From assembly GCA_963730605.1 (NCBI GenBank), contig CAVSSM010000002.1, forward strand, positions 256,001 through 320,000: a stretch of DNA of 64,000 nt. Direction: 5' to 3'. The notes below the pieces were generated by a model. It saw nothing but the letters and a program-made list of their open reading frames with translations. It made no database searches and was not told the origin of the DNA. Positions 19,581 to 29,945 of the stretch are shown here, piece by piece. Each line of letters opens with the position of its first letter. Positions within the stretch are counted from its first letter, which is position 1. The position numbers and the translations under genes are program-made. This stretch comes from an uncultured Chlamydiae bacterium. Its GTDB lineage: Bacteria > Chlamydiota > Chlamydiia > Chlamydiales > SM23-39.

Positions 19581-19952
19581 ATGCATGATACCTGCCTAAT
19601 GAGACCGTTGCTCTGGATAGGTTCCTCTAAGAAGGATCTCAAGGAAATGCCTGTAGGCGTGCGAAAGGAAATTGGCCACTCGTTGAGAGAACTTCAGAAG
19701 GGAAGAGATCCGGGGAACACCAAGCCTCTTAAGCATCTTCATGAACCAATATCAGAAGTGGTCGTAGACGAACGAGAAGGGACTTTTAGGGCGGCCTACA
19801 CTGTGGAGTTCAAGAACGTCGTAGCTGTATTGCACGTGTTCCATAAAAAAAGCAAATCGGGCATTGCTACGCCGAAGAAGGAGATCGATTTGATTCTCCA
19901 AAGGCTGAAGCAGGCGAGAGTCGATTATCATGAATGGAAGAGGGAAAAATGA
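19581..19952 (+). CDS. RelE/HigB (Gp49-like) toxin
   Basis: WIGSSKKDL...VLHVFHKKSKSGIATPKKEIDLI. Confidence 0.9.
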   Translation: MHDTCLMRPLLWIGSSKKDLKEMPVGVRKEIGHSLRELQKGRDPGNTKPLKHLHEPISEVVVDEREGTFRAAYTVEFKNVVAVLHVFHKKSKSGIATPKKEIDLILQRLKQARVDYHEWKREK

Positions 19953-20311
19953 AAGAAAAAGATTTTGTCACCACCGATAATGTTTTTGACGATCTCGGCT
20001 TAGATGATTCTGTCGAAATGATTACTCGATCAGACCTGATGTCGGAAGTTGTTAATCTTATCCGAAAAAGCGGTCTTAGCCAGAAGGAAATCGCTGGAAT
20101 TTTAGGGATTAGCGCTCCTAAAGTATCATCTCTTATGACTGGTAAAATCAATGATTTCAGCAACGACACCCTTTTGAACTACCTCACGTTGCTTGGCTGC
20201 AACATAGAGATCAAAGTTGTGCCTCAACGGAGAATATCCAAGTCGGTCAAAAGAGGAACAATGACGCTGCGAAAACAAAGAGTAAGACGACGAAGTAGGG
20301 CTAGTACCTGA
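19949..20311 (+). CDS. HigA-like XRE HTH antitoxin
   Basis: NVFDDLG...LSQKEIAGILGISAPKVS; ATGA overlap with the toxin. Confidence 0.9.
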   Translation: MKEKDFVTTDNVFDDLGLDDSVEMITRSDLMSEVVNLIRKSGLSQKEIAGILGISAPKVSSLMTGKINDFSNDTLLNYLTLLGCNIEIKVVPQRRISKSVKRGTMTLRKQRVRRRSRAST

Positions 20312-21507
20312 CCACAAAAGTTTTCATGGGTAGAGCCTCTTCATTTTCACTCGCGCATCTGGGATAGCAAATCCCCAAAGGATCTTTGCCCGTCTAGCAT
20401 TTCTATCTGATACATAAGCGGCCACCTCTCTACCGAGAACTTCTTTTGAGCCTATTCGCCTTTTGAGGCACTGACCGCCAAGAACAGAAATTTCAATCTC
20501 TGCCATGTTCAACCAACTTGCATGTTTTGGCGTATGGCGCACCTCTAATTTCTTAATGATCCTCCTGGCTTCTTCGGGCTCAAACGTCTCGTAGAGATTA
20601 GCCAGTCGATGCGTATTCAAATTGTCCATGACAACCCTAATTTTTTCTGCCTCGGGAAAATGTTTGTCCACCAGATCCTTCATGCACTCGGCAAAATCTT
20701 TTTTTGTTCTCTGGTCTGTGACTTTTATTTCCCGCCAGCCTCCCAAGGGCTGTACAAAAACAAAGAGGTTGCTTGTTCCATTCCTTTCGTACTCATAATC
20801 TCGGCGTTTGACTCTCCCTGGCACTGCGGCAATTGGCGCCAACACATCATCTACCAATTGGACTGGTGTTTCATCAAAACACACAACGGGTTTCTTTTCG
20901 TTCAGCGGCTCCTCATATAAATCTAAAACATCTTCCATCCGACAAATATACTCGTAATCCACTTCTGGAACACACCAACTCTTTACTTGCCATGGCTTTA
21001 TTTCGTTTTTTTTAATGTTCTGCGAACCGTTTCGTCCGATATGGAATCTGTCAACTCTAGCGTAATGCAACGATCCGCAAGTAGCTGCATTGTCCAGCAG
21101 GCGCGTCCTTCGGGCGCCTCGCTGCAAGCAAGCGCGATTAAATGGGCTTTAGCCTTTCCAACCATCTTCTCCGGTCTTCCGGATCGCGCTTTTTCATTGA
21201 GTGATTGTTGTAGCCCGTGTTCACAGTAGGCTTTTCTTGTATTGTAAACGCTCACCTCGCTGCACCGTAGCAAAGAGGCAATCTCTTTATCTGGTTTCTT
21301 CTCATCAGCGAATAACAGAGTTTGCGCTCTTCTGATAATCCGCGCGGATGACTTCCCTTTTCTAACAATGTCCTCGAGTTCGCTGCGCACCTCAACTGTG
21401 AGATGAACGGACCATTTTTTGTTCATAGCTGCCTCCAAATGAAAGGCATATATGGAACACTATTCAAACATTTTTTTAAAAACTTTAAAATCCTATGGTT
21501 TAGTTAA
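20302..21507 (-). mobile_element. IS630-family element; orfA 20998-21438 and orfB joined by a -1 frameshift; ends approximate
   Basis: HTH orfA; DDE orfB (DETP, DNLNTH, WLNMAEIE); A8 run at TLKKT/NEIKPW. Confidence 0.88.
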
Positions 21508-21680
21508 AGAGCCTCGCTTTGCGGCCTTGCATCCCAAGGCATTTCGCAGTAGCACAACTTGCTCTCTTTAACTCACACTATTTCAGACTGATAGGATTTA
21601 AATAAGACGACCGAATTTAATAGGTCAAAAGACAACCCTTTTCATTGAGAAGAACATCTCAAAAAAAAGAGTCGACGATT

Positions 21681-22910
21681 TTAAATGGGAGACTGTTTTT
21701 TGCCCCGCTTCGGCCTCCATCCGTGCCGCTTGTCAAATTGTGAGCATTCTTTTTTAATCAGTTTTTTAGTGCATGCTTTCTGTATTTCGGGGGCAGCTTC
21801 TTTCCATACGAGCACCCGAATGGAATCGTAAGTGCGCTGTTTTCTTTGTTCACGAGACAGTTTCAGCAGCTCCCGTTCAATTATGGATTGGACAAATTCC
21901 CTTGCCTCATTTTTTAGCTGCTGCGGCTTTTTAAGAACGGGCTCATTTAACATCTCCTCTTCAAGCAAGAGAACAAATCGCTGCACCAACCGCCATAGTT
22001 TATCTCGTGGCACTGGCGCCTTGCCCCAGTCCGCTCCAAAGGCGCTCAGAAACGACTGCAACTGCCATTGACAGCTAAGCTCATCGCAACGAATAAGATC
22101 ATTTGGGAGCGGTCCCACAGGCGTGGGCTTTATTTTGCTAAAATGGGCTATCCGGTCGAGCCAACTGAATGTAGATAACAATGAGCTATCTGTGGCTGCC
22201 TCCCAGTCCTTTTCCGTAGTCGTCCTAAGCAATACCGCGTACTCATCTTCTGGATATTGGATCTTTTGAATCACGCCAAACTTTATGTCGTGGTCAATCC
22301 TGTCTGCCCAATCATTCTTCCGGATCACTGCACTAATAAAGCTGTGTCCTAATTTATCATACAACAGACTCCCTTCCGGAGAATCAGGAAAAACTTCTGT
22401 CGGTTTTTCGACTCGGATAGGCGGCTCATCAAACGATAGACACTCTGCTACCACCCGAACCGTGGCAAAACCATCAAAAATCCTCTCATCACCGTATCTG
22501 GCAACCGAATCGCATACCTGCATAAAATCGTTACACACTCCGTGCCAAAACGAGCCCATAAAAATCAATTCGGGACGTTCACCCTTGAGATACGCTTTAT
22601 ACTCCTGTACGGCCTTGGCGCAAGGCCACCATCTGTTTACAGCAGCCTCTTCTAAAATGTTCACCTTTGACAGCAGCCAATCCATCATGCGCTGTTTACA
22701 AGCCTTCTGTTCCTGAGCCTCTTTCTCTACCGCCTTTGTTAAATCGGCACAGATTTTTGCACTGGGAGGACTCCTCTTAACCTTGTCCATCAATTTCGAT
22801 AGAAGGATTAAAAAGCCCGCTGGACTATCTGCCAATTCTAAAAGGTTAAGTGTGGGAAGAATTTGCTCTCGGAATCGATCAATTTGCACTTGTTTTACCG
22901 TTTTGCTCAT
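21681..22910 (-). CDS. Hypothetical protein downstream of the integrase
   Basis: About 410-aa ORF overlapping the integrase 3' end. Confidence 0.7.
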   Translation of the reverse strand: MSKTVKQVQIDRFREQILPTLNLLELADSPAGFLILLSKLMDKVKRSPPSAKICADLTKAVEKEAQEQKACKQRMMDWLLSKVNILEEAAVNRWWPCAKAVQEYKAYLKGERPELIFMGSFWHGVCNDFMQVCDSVARYGDERIFDGFATVRVVAECLSFDEPPIRVEKPTEVFPDSPEGSLLYDKLGHSFISAVIRKNDWADRIDHDIKFGVIQKIQYPEDEYAVLLRTTTEKDWEAATDSSLLSTFSWLDRIAHFSKIKPTPVGPLPNDLIRCDELSCQWQLQSFLSAFGADWGKAPVPRDKLWRLVQRFVLLLEEEMLNEPVLKKPQQLKNEAREFVQSIIERELLKLSREQRKQRTYDSIRVLVWKEAAPEIQKACTKKLIKKECSQFDKRHGWRPKRGKKQSPI

Positions 22911-23985
22911 CTGAAACCTCATCTAATAGATTGGCTTGGGTGCGTTCCATCACGTTAGCGATGTGTTTTTTGCTATAGTGACGGTAGCGGACGGTCATGC
23001 GCGGACTGCGGTGGCCGAGAATTTCCATTAGCTCGCCTTGGGAGGCACCGTTCATCGCCATGTGAGAGCAGGCTGTGTGGCGAAGGTCATGGAAGCGGAA
23101 GTCATCGATGTTGGCCTCTTTGGCGGCCTTGATGAAGGCGTGGCGGATGTCCGCGACGGGTTTGTGAGCGCCGAGGCGGCGGGCGGGGAAGACGTAGCCC
23201 TTGCGTTCCTCGCTGTAGGTTTGGCACTCGCGGAAAGTGCGTTCGATTTCATTGATGATGGGGACGATGCGGCTGTCGCCGTTCTTGGTTTCGTGAAGGA
23301 TGACTTGGCGTTGTTCGAAATCGATGTCGACCCATTTGAGGTTGGCGATCTCGCCAAAGCGCATGCCGCTGAGGAGTGCGAGCTTGACGATGGAGTAGAG
23401 GTAGGGATGGGGTGAACGCTTGCACGCGTCGAGGAGGGCGGCGATCTCTTCTTTGTCGAGGAAGCGGCTGCGTCCTTTCGATTCGCTCGGCTTGGAGACT
23501 TTGGTGACGGGATTCTCTTCGATCCACTGCCATTCTTTGACGGCGATGGTGAAGGCTTTGGAAATGGCGGCCAAGTAACGGTTGATGGTGCTGCCGCTTC
23601 GCTTGGTCTCTCGATGGGTTGTGCCCGCGAGGAGTTTGTCTCGCCCTGCAACGATATGGGAGGGCAGGATGTCGGCAAGGAGGAAATGGCCGATTTCATT
23701 GCGCCACCACATGAGGAGCCGCTTTTGCTTGGCGGCGTACTTTTCGTAACGAGGGCACCACTCGGTGATAAAGCGGTCGATCAGCTCGGCGACGTTGTGG
23801 CGCTTGGCCTCGGCCGTGCGGAAATGGCGGCCGTCGCGGATGGCCGACTCGACGTCTTGAATCCATTTCTTGGCGAGCGTCTTGGTGCGGAAGGAGGCGC
23901 GCTGCGGTTTGCTGCCTTTGATGCGCACTTCGGCATGGAAGCTCACTTCCCCGTCACTTTTCACCACTTCTCTAATCGAACCCAT
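22879..23985 (-). CDS. int: Tyrosine recombinase/phage-type integrase
   Basis: GMRFGEI, TKNG, FHDLRHT and LGH...TVRY catalytic residues; next to the tRNA 3' end. Confidence 0.95.
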   Translation of the reverse strand: MGSIREVVKSDGEVSFHAEVRIKGSKPQRASFRTKTLAKKWIQDVESAIRDGRHFRTAEAKRHNVAELIDRFITEWCPRYEKYAAKQKRLLMWWRNEIGHFLLADILPSHIVAGRDKLLAGTTHRETKRSGSTINRYLAAISKAFTIAVKEWQWIEENPVTKVSKPSESKGRSRFLDKEEIAALLDACKRSPHPYLYSIVKLALLSGMRFGEIANLKWVDIDFEQRQVILHETKNGDSRIVPIINEIERTFRECQTYSEERKGYVFPARRLGAHKPVADIRHAFIKAAKEANIDDFRFHDLRHTACSHMAMNGASQGELMEILGHRSPRMTVRYRHYSKKHIANVMERTQANLLDEVSDEQNGKTSAN

Positions 23986-24310
23986 ATGACTCCAACCTTA
24001 AAGGAATGAATATAGCTCCAACTGTATTAAAGAGCAACAGGGGGATGGGCAATCCCCAATCAACCAAGCTAAACAAGACTAATAACCAACGAGATACGAA
24101 GTGCGTAAAATGCACAATACGCAATCCTTACGCAAATGAAGAAAAAAATGCGGAGAGATTGCGATCTGAAAAAGACATAAATGAGGTTGCGGGCGATGCG
24201 ATGCAGTTTTATGCGGTTTCGTTTGGCCGAGTGCGTAAAATTTGCGTAACGGAAGTGCCGGTGGAGGCACTTTTTAGGTCGGATTTTTTGGGTAATTTTG
24301 TCTATGAGAA

Positions 24311-24392
24311 TGGGGGCGGCCAGACTCGAACTGGCGGAGACCGAAGTCGGGGGATTTACAGTCCCCTGCAATTGCCGCTATGCGACACCCCC
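24311..24392 (-). tRNA. tRNA-Tyr(GTA)
   Basis: GGGGGTG acceptor, GGGGA-CTGTAAA-TCCCC anticodon arm, long variable arm, TTCGAGT loop. Confidence 0.95.
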
Positions 24393-24445
24393 CGGAAAAA
24401 CAAAGAGCTTAAATGTTCAAGATCTCTGCTCTCAACAAGTATTAA

Positions 24446-24517
24446 TGCTGGCGAAAGGAATTGAACCCTCAACCATCCGATTACAAGTCGGGCGCTCTAC
24501 CATTGAGCTACACCAGC
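24446..24517 (-). tRNA. tRNA-Thr(TGT)
   Basis: Cloverleaf with CCCGA-CTTGTAA-TCGGA anticodon arm. Confidence 0.95.
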
Positions 24518-24529
24518 AAAATAGGGTTC

Positions 24530-24808
24530 TTAGCCTATCAAATTTTCTGCTTTCTTCTCAAGCTCAAGCGTTGGTTTCGGCTCAGTATAATGAGACTCGG
24601 ACGGCATGGGTTTCTTAGGCGTCGCCGCTAGATGGGAATGGAAAAGAGAGGTCAATCCCAATGTCTTTTGGATCTGAGGAGGCGCGCTCCCGGCATCGAC
24701 TACTCTCCCGGCCTTATAGCGGCCGCCAATCATCGTGCTTTCGCAACATTTTTTGAACTTTTTTCCAGATCCACAGTAACAAAGATCGTTCCTACCTATT
24801 TTTTTCAT
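24530..24808 (-). CDS. SEC-C motif protein
   Basis: [18 protein letters not shown]. Confidence 0.8.
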   Translation of the reverse strand: MKKIGRNDLCYCGSGKKFKKCCESTMIGGRYKAGRVVDAGSAPPQIQKTLGLTSLFHSHLAATPKKPMPSESHYTEPKPTLELEKKAENLIG

Positions 24809-24924
24809 ATACAGCTCAAATTCAAGATGCTATTTTAACATAGATTCACTCAAAAGTCTATAGGTAATTAATATTTTAAATTTGTAGAAACAAAGGGTTG
24901 TTTGGGATAGAATGCTTTCCGCTT

Positions 24925-25674
24925 ATGGAAATCAAACCTCCCATCGCGCGCCCTCCTTGGACAGGATTGGGAAAAGAACTCGAAAGCCTGGTACGCAAGG
25001 CGCTATTCGATTTTTCTCTCTTGGAAAAAGATGTAAAAAAGGTCGCTGTGGCCTTGAGTGGAGGCAAGGACAGCTTAAGCCTCCTCTATCTCTTGCACGG
25101 GATCCGAGGGCGAGGATTTCCCCTCTTCGACCTTTATGCGATCCATGTCGATGGGGAATTTACCTGCGGCGCCGGGATCGGCGCGGGGTACCTAGGCGCG
25201 ATCTGTTCCGAGCTCTCCGTTCCACTGATACGGCGCGAATCGACGCAGAAGCTTGAAACTTTGGAGTGTTACAGATGTTCCAGGGAAAGAAGAAAGCTCA
25301 TTTTCGATGCTGCCAAAGATGTGGGCGCTAGGGTCGTAGCCTTCGGCCACCACCGCGACGATAGCGCGCAAACGCTTCTTCTCAACTTGTTCCATAAGGG
25401 AGAATTCGCTGCGAATCTTCCCAAAGTGTTCATGCGCGAATACGGAGTGACGATCATCCGGCCCCTTATCTATATCGCAGAGGAATCGATCCGCAGTTTC
25501 GCAAAAGAGTACGGTTTTGCCAGGATCACGTGCCAATGTCCCGTTGGGCAAAATTCGAAAAGGAAAACCGTCGATGGTCTGCTACGCCAGATCGAAGAGC
25601 ATTTTCCTCATGCAAGAGGCAATCTGGCGCGCGCCGGCCTTCTCTACGGCTCAGATAAGGCCGCGACTCCTTGA
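24925..25674 (+). CDS. ttcA: tRNA 2-thiocytidine biosynthesis protein (PP-loop)
   Basis: SGGKDS, CxxC, GHHRDD and IIRPL motifs. Confidence 0.85.
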   Translation: MEIKPPIARPPWTGLGKELESLVRKALFDFSLLEKDVKKVAVALSGGKDSLSLLYLLHGIRGRGFPLFDLYAIHVDGEFTCGAGIGAGYLGAICSELSVPLIRRESTQKLETLECYRCSRERRKLIFDAAKDVGARVVAFGHHRDDSAQTLLLNLFHKGEFAANLPKVFMREYGVTIIRPLIYIAEESIRSFAKEYGFARITCQCPVGQNSKRKTVDGLLRQIEEHFPHARGNLARAGLLYGSDKAATP

Positions 25675-25708
25675 ACTCTTTCCGCATTTTCGATACATTT
25701 GAGTTTGT

Positions 25709-27163
25709 ATGGAATTTCCGGTTGCCAAGCAGTATGTTTTCGTCGAGATCGCAACGTTTTTCGGCTATTTCGCAGTCATTCTCCTGATCGCTTTGGCCTC
25801 TTACCGGAAACAACAATCGGATTCCGATTTTATCATAGGGGGCCGCTCGCTGAATTTTTGGCTGACCGCCCTTTCGGCGCATGCAAGCGATATGAGCAGC
25901 TGGCTCTTTTTGGCATACCCGGCCGAAATCTTTACCCAGGGTGTTTTCTATGCCTGGGCTGCCATCGGCCTGACAGGATTTATGTTTCTGAACTGGCAGT
26001 TCATTGCGCCCCGGATCCGAACGGTCACGGAACAGCTCGGCAGCTTGACGCTAAATTCCTACTTCGAAACGCGCTTCGGAGATAGAAGCGGCGCTATCCG
26101 CGTCGTTTCCGCCCTCATGGCGGTTCTCTTCTACACATTCTACATCACCTCAGGTTTATATGCGCTCGGAATCCTGGTGGAATCGCTGTTCGGCCTGAGC
26201 TATGTTTTCGGGATCTCCTTCGGCCTTCTTGTCGTCGTGATCTATGTCTTCATGGGCGGATACAAAACGGTCGCATGGATCGATCTATTCCAAGGGTTTT
26301 TCCTCTTGGGAGTCATCGTCTTCATCCCCGCCTCCTTGCTCCTAAAATTCGGCGGGACTGGGCCTGTCCTCCATGCCGTTTCATTAAAAGGGATCTCGAC
26401 CCATTTGTTTCCCAATTTCGGTCCAAAAACACTTTGGCAAATCTTGATGATCACGGCGGGATGGGGGCTCGGTTATTTCGGACAGCCTCACATCATCACG
26501 AAATTCATGGGGATTAGCCGCGTGAGCGAAATGCACAAAGCAAAATGGCTCGGCATCAGTTGGCAATTGATCGCACTCCTTTCCGCAACCTGGATCGGAC
26601 TTGTGGGGATATACATGTTCCCCCAAGGGTTGAAGGAATCCCAAGAACTCATCCTGGATATCGTGAAAACGACTTTCACTCCCTTCTTTGCCGGGCTGGT
26701 TCTTTGCGCAATTCTTGCCGCAACGACAAACGTCATGGCCGCGCAAATTCTCGTCGTCGCTTCCAATTTAGCCGAAGACATCTATAAACGGCTTTTCAGG
26801 GCGACGGCAACATCTGTCGAACTTCTCTGGATCACTCGGGGCGGCGTCGTATTCATCTCGCTTGTCGGATTTATCATCGCCTACTTCAAGATTACGACCA
26901 TTTTTCAACTCGTCCTCTATGCGTGGTCGGGCCTCGGCGCTTCCTTCGGCCCCCTCTTGCTCCTCTCTTTATACATGAAAAATCTCAACCGGTACGGAGC
27001 TTTCGCCGGCATCCTCGTCGGCGGAGTGACGGCGGCTATTTGGCCCATTTTTAAAGACCCCCTCGGCGTTGGAGCCATGGTGGCCGGGTTCGCCTTCAGC
27101 ATCGCCGCGATCATAGGAATCTCCTATGCAACCCGCCCAAAAGAAGCTGTGATCGAGCCTTGA
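25709..27163 (+). CDS. putP: Sodium/proline symporter
   Basis: ALSAHASDMSSW, WGLGYFGQPH and AWSGLGASFGP motifs. Confidence 0.9.
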   Translation: MEFPVAKQYVFVEIATFFGYFAVILLIALASYRKQQSDSDFIIGGRSLNFWLTALSAHASDMSSWLFLAYPAEIFTQGVFYAWAAIGLTGFMFLNWQFIAPRIRTVTEQLGSLTLNSYFETRFGDRSGAIRVVSALMAVLFYTFYITSGLYALGILVESLFGLSYVFGISFGLLVVVIYVFMGGYKTVAWIDLFQGFFLLGVIVFIPASLLLKFGGTGPVLHAVSLKGISTHLFPNFGPKTLWQILMITAGWGLGYFGQPHIITKFMGISRVSEMHKAKWLGISWQLIALLSATWIGLVGIYMFPQGLKESQELILDIVKTTFTPFFAGLVLCAILAATTNVMAAQILVVASNLAEDIYKRLFRATATSVELLWITRGGVVFISLVGFIIAYFKITTIFQLVLYAWSGLGASFGPLLLLSLYMKNLNRYGAFAGILVGGVTAAIWPIFKDPLGVGAMVAGFAFSIAAIIGISYATRPKEAVIEP

Positions 27164-27196
27164 AACTATAACAAGTTTTCGAGGATAATTACGTCT

Positions 27197-27992
27197 ATGA
27201 CTCGCCCCTTTTTGCTTATCACCAATGACGACGGGATCCACGCGCCTGGACTAAGGCACCTCTGGCAAGCTGTCGAGAGCCATGCGGAGTCGGCCATTGT
27301 CGCCCCTTTGATCGAAAAATCGGGGGCCGGCCTTTCGATCACGTGGGGTAAACCACTGATGCTCAATTCGGTCCATTGGGAGGGCGCCGAAGCCTGGAGC
27401 CTGAACGGCACCCCTGCGGACTGTGTGAAGATGGCTCTCTCTGTTCTTTTGAAAAAAGCGCCCTCAGCTGATCGTATCGGGCATCAACCGAGGGTCGAAC
27501 TCGGGAAGGACAGCCCTTTACAGCGGAACGGTCGGCGGCGTGATCGAAGGGGCCATGAAAGGAATCCCCGGAATTGCTTTTTCCTATTCCGACTACGACT
27601 CAATTCCTTCGCTTGAGCTGACGAAAAAGTATATTTTTCCTTTGATCCAACATTTCCTAAGCCACCCTCTTCCGCCCGGAACCATATTGAACGTGAATTT
27701 TCCCTATACCTCCAAAGAGATCAAAGGAGTGCGGCTCGCCATTCAAGGAAAAGGTCATTGGATCGAACAGCCGGACAAACGGATCCATCCCGACGGCCTT
27801 CCTTATTACTGGCTCGGGGGCGTCTGGCACACCTGCGAAGAAGAGCCCGAAAGCGATGTAGCTCTCCTCGAACAAGGGTACATCACCGCGGTTCCTCTCC
27901 GAGTTGGCGAATTGACCCATCTGGAAGCCTTTTCGACCCACAAAGAGGCGCTTCAAAAAAAATTCTATACTGCGACCGCTCAAAAAGTGTGA
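27197..27992 (+). CDS. surE: 5'/3'-nucleotidase SurE (frameshift near 27460, probably a sequencing error)
   Basis: TNDDGIHAPG, GTPADCV and SGINRGSN/YSGTV motifs. Confidence 0.88.
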
Positions 27993-28129
27993 AAACCGCC
28001 GAGGAAGCGGCGCAGATTTTTGTGTCCAGAACGAGGAGCGTGTTCATAGACACGGCCCGAAGTGAAGACCAAAAATATGCTGCCAAGCTGACGCCGGCAG
28101 ATTCACATTTTTTGGATGGGAGCAGTATA
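27966..28129. mobile_element. TA-flanked MITE-like element (family B)
   Basis: TATACTGCGACCGCTCAAAAAGTGTGAA / TTCACATTTTTTGGATGGGAGCAGTATA. Confidence 0.85.
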
Positions 28130-28137
28130 TCACGGGT

Positions 28138-28764
28138 CTATTTCGATACCCTCTTAGCACGGTCGAGCCGATGCACCGCTTCGCTTTGGGCCGCCTCGAT
28201 CAAAGAGCGCGCTCCTGGAATCTCATAGACCCGGGCCAGCTCTGCAAACAGGGCCTCCCCTGCCGCTGTCCTTTCTGCAGGCTCGGCCGGAGGGGGAAAA
28301 TGCCTGGTTTCGATGAGCAGCTCCCCGATCCGATTGAAATGTTTTTTGAGCTTTTTCGATCCCTTTTGCACATCCTCGATCGTCTCCATCTTCTTCAGAT
28401 CGCCGGTAAGCTTTTTCATCTGCTCCTCTCCTTCGCAACGGAGCTCTTTCAAGTTTGCCGGGGCGCATCCGGCAAGAAGGAGAAAAATCGGGAGGAAGTG
28501 GATATACTGCGACCGCCAAAAAAGTGTGAAAATGCCAAGGAGGCGCCCCGATTTTGAGCCAGGCGTAGCCGGCGCTGAAGCAGCTAAACTTGAAAAGTTT
28601 AGCGCCGGGGCCCCCGAAGACTCATCGTCTTTGGGGTGGGGTGGAGGCGGGCTCAAAAGCGGTGGCTGTCCGACGCCGCCACCGGGGCCCCCAAAAACGC
28701 ATCGTTTTTGGGGTGGGGCGCCGGCAGATTCACACTTTTTGGGCGGGAGCAGTATAAGTCGCAT
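28138..28764 (-). CDS. Lipoprotein with an in-frame 84-codon MITE insertion
   Basis: Empty site reads MRLIHFLPIFLLLAGC (lipobox). Confidence 0.8.
   Translation of the reverse strand: MRLILLPPKKCESAGAPPQKRCVFGGPGGGVGQPPLLSPPPPHPKDDESSGAPALNFSSLAASAPATPGSKSGRLLGIFTLFWRSQYIHFLPIFLLLAGCAPANLKELRCEGEEQMKKLTGDLKKMETIEDVQKGSKKLKKHFNRIGELLIETRHFPPPAEPAERTAAGEALFAELARVYEIPGARSLIEAAQSEAVHRLDRAKRVSK
28503..28756. mobile_element. TA-flanked MITE-like element (family B)
   Basis: TATACTGCGACCGCCAAAAAAGTGTGAA / TTCACACTTTTTGGGCGGGAGCAGTATA. Confidence 0.9.
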
Positions 28765-28807
28765 TGTATTTTATTCTCGCTCCACTATACTATAGTAGTT
28801 CGTTTTT

Positions 28808-28880
28808 GGGCGTATAGCTCAGTTGGTAGAGCGCCTGTCTTACACACAGGTGGTCATAGGTTCGAGTCCTGTTGCGCCCA
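28808..28880 (+). tRNA. tRNA-Val(TAC)
   Basis: Cloverleaf with CCTGT-CTTACAC-ACAGG. Confidence 0.95.
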
Positions 28881-28893
28881 AAGACTGCCTATC

Positions 28894-28967
28894 GCGGGAG
28901 TAGTTCAATTGGTTAGAGCACCGCCCTGTCACGGCGGAAGTTGCGGGTTCGAGCCCCGTCTCCCGCG
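28894..28967 (+). tRNA. tRNA-Asp(GTC)
   Basis: Cloverleaf with CCGCC-CTGTCAC-GGCGG. Confidence 0.95.
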
Positions 28968-29026
28968 ATTTTTTGACAAACATCATGAAGTCATTATCGT
29001 TAATATTTTAACTCTAGAAGCTGGAT

Positions 29027-29945
29027 ATGCCGCAACCCTAAACTACGAACACGAAATACTTGATCCATATCGCCATCAGCTTCTTCGGAATGACGGTCGG
29101 CGCATTTTTTGCCGCATTGGCCATCCGGATTTTCTTGATTCCCAATGAGTTGATCGACGGCGGCGTCATCGGTATTTCCTGATCCTTGGCCGACTCTATG
29201 GCAAGCTCCTATATTTCCTATTTTCCTCGTCGTCCTCAACCTTCCGTTTATTTATCTCGCGTGGCGGTATATCCGCCGCTCCTTCGTCATCCACATGCTC
29301 GCTGCGATCGTGTTCTTCGCTATTTTTCTTATCGCTCTTAGAACAATCTTCCCTCATTTTCAGCTGATCCTCTCGAGGCGATCGTCATCGGCGGCGCCAT
29401 GCTGGGCGCCGGCGCCGGGACTCATCATCCGCAATGGCGGATGCACCGATGGCACGGAAATCCTGGCGATCATCATCAACCGCAAAAAAGGGTTTACCGT
29501 CGGACAGGTCATTTTCTTCATCAAATCTTCATATTTGCCGCCTATGGTTGGATTTTCAACGACTGGCATATCGCGCTCCGCTCCCTCATGACTCTATATC
29601 GTCGCGTTCAAGATGATGGATATCGTCATCGCAGGTCTCGAAGAGCTCAAATCGGTCCTGATCATGTGCTCCAAACCGGAAAAATTGAGCAAAATCATCA
29701 CCCATGAATTGGGCCTCGGCCTCACCTTCATCAAAGGGAAAGGAGGATATTCCGGAGAAGACCGCGACATCCTCTTCATCATCGTCGAACGCCTCGATCT
29801 CTCTGAACTCAAAGAAATCGTCCTGCGCGAGGATCCAAGCGCCTTCATGGCAATCGAAAATCTCCATGAAGTGGCCTACGGCCGCACGGCAAGAGTCGCC
29901 TTGCGCCGGAAGGCAAGGAGACCTTTTGCAAAAGGTCTCCTATGA
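29027..29945 (+). CDS. YitT-family membrane protein (several apparent frameshifts)
   Basis: LIPNELIDGG, GGCTDGTEILA and KGGYSG...EDPSAF pieces across frames. Confidence 0.8.

Noticed and set aside
20998..21015. IS630 frameshift as a sequencing error or novelty
   Set aside because: It matches the usual programmed -1 A-run frameshift of two-ORF IS630 elements.
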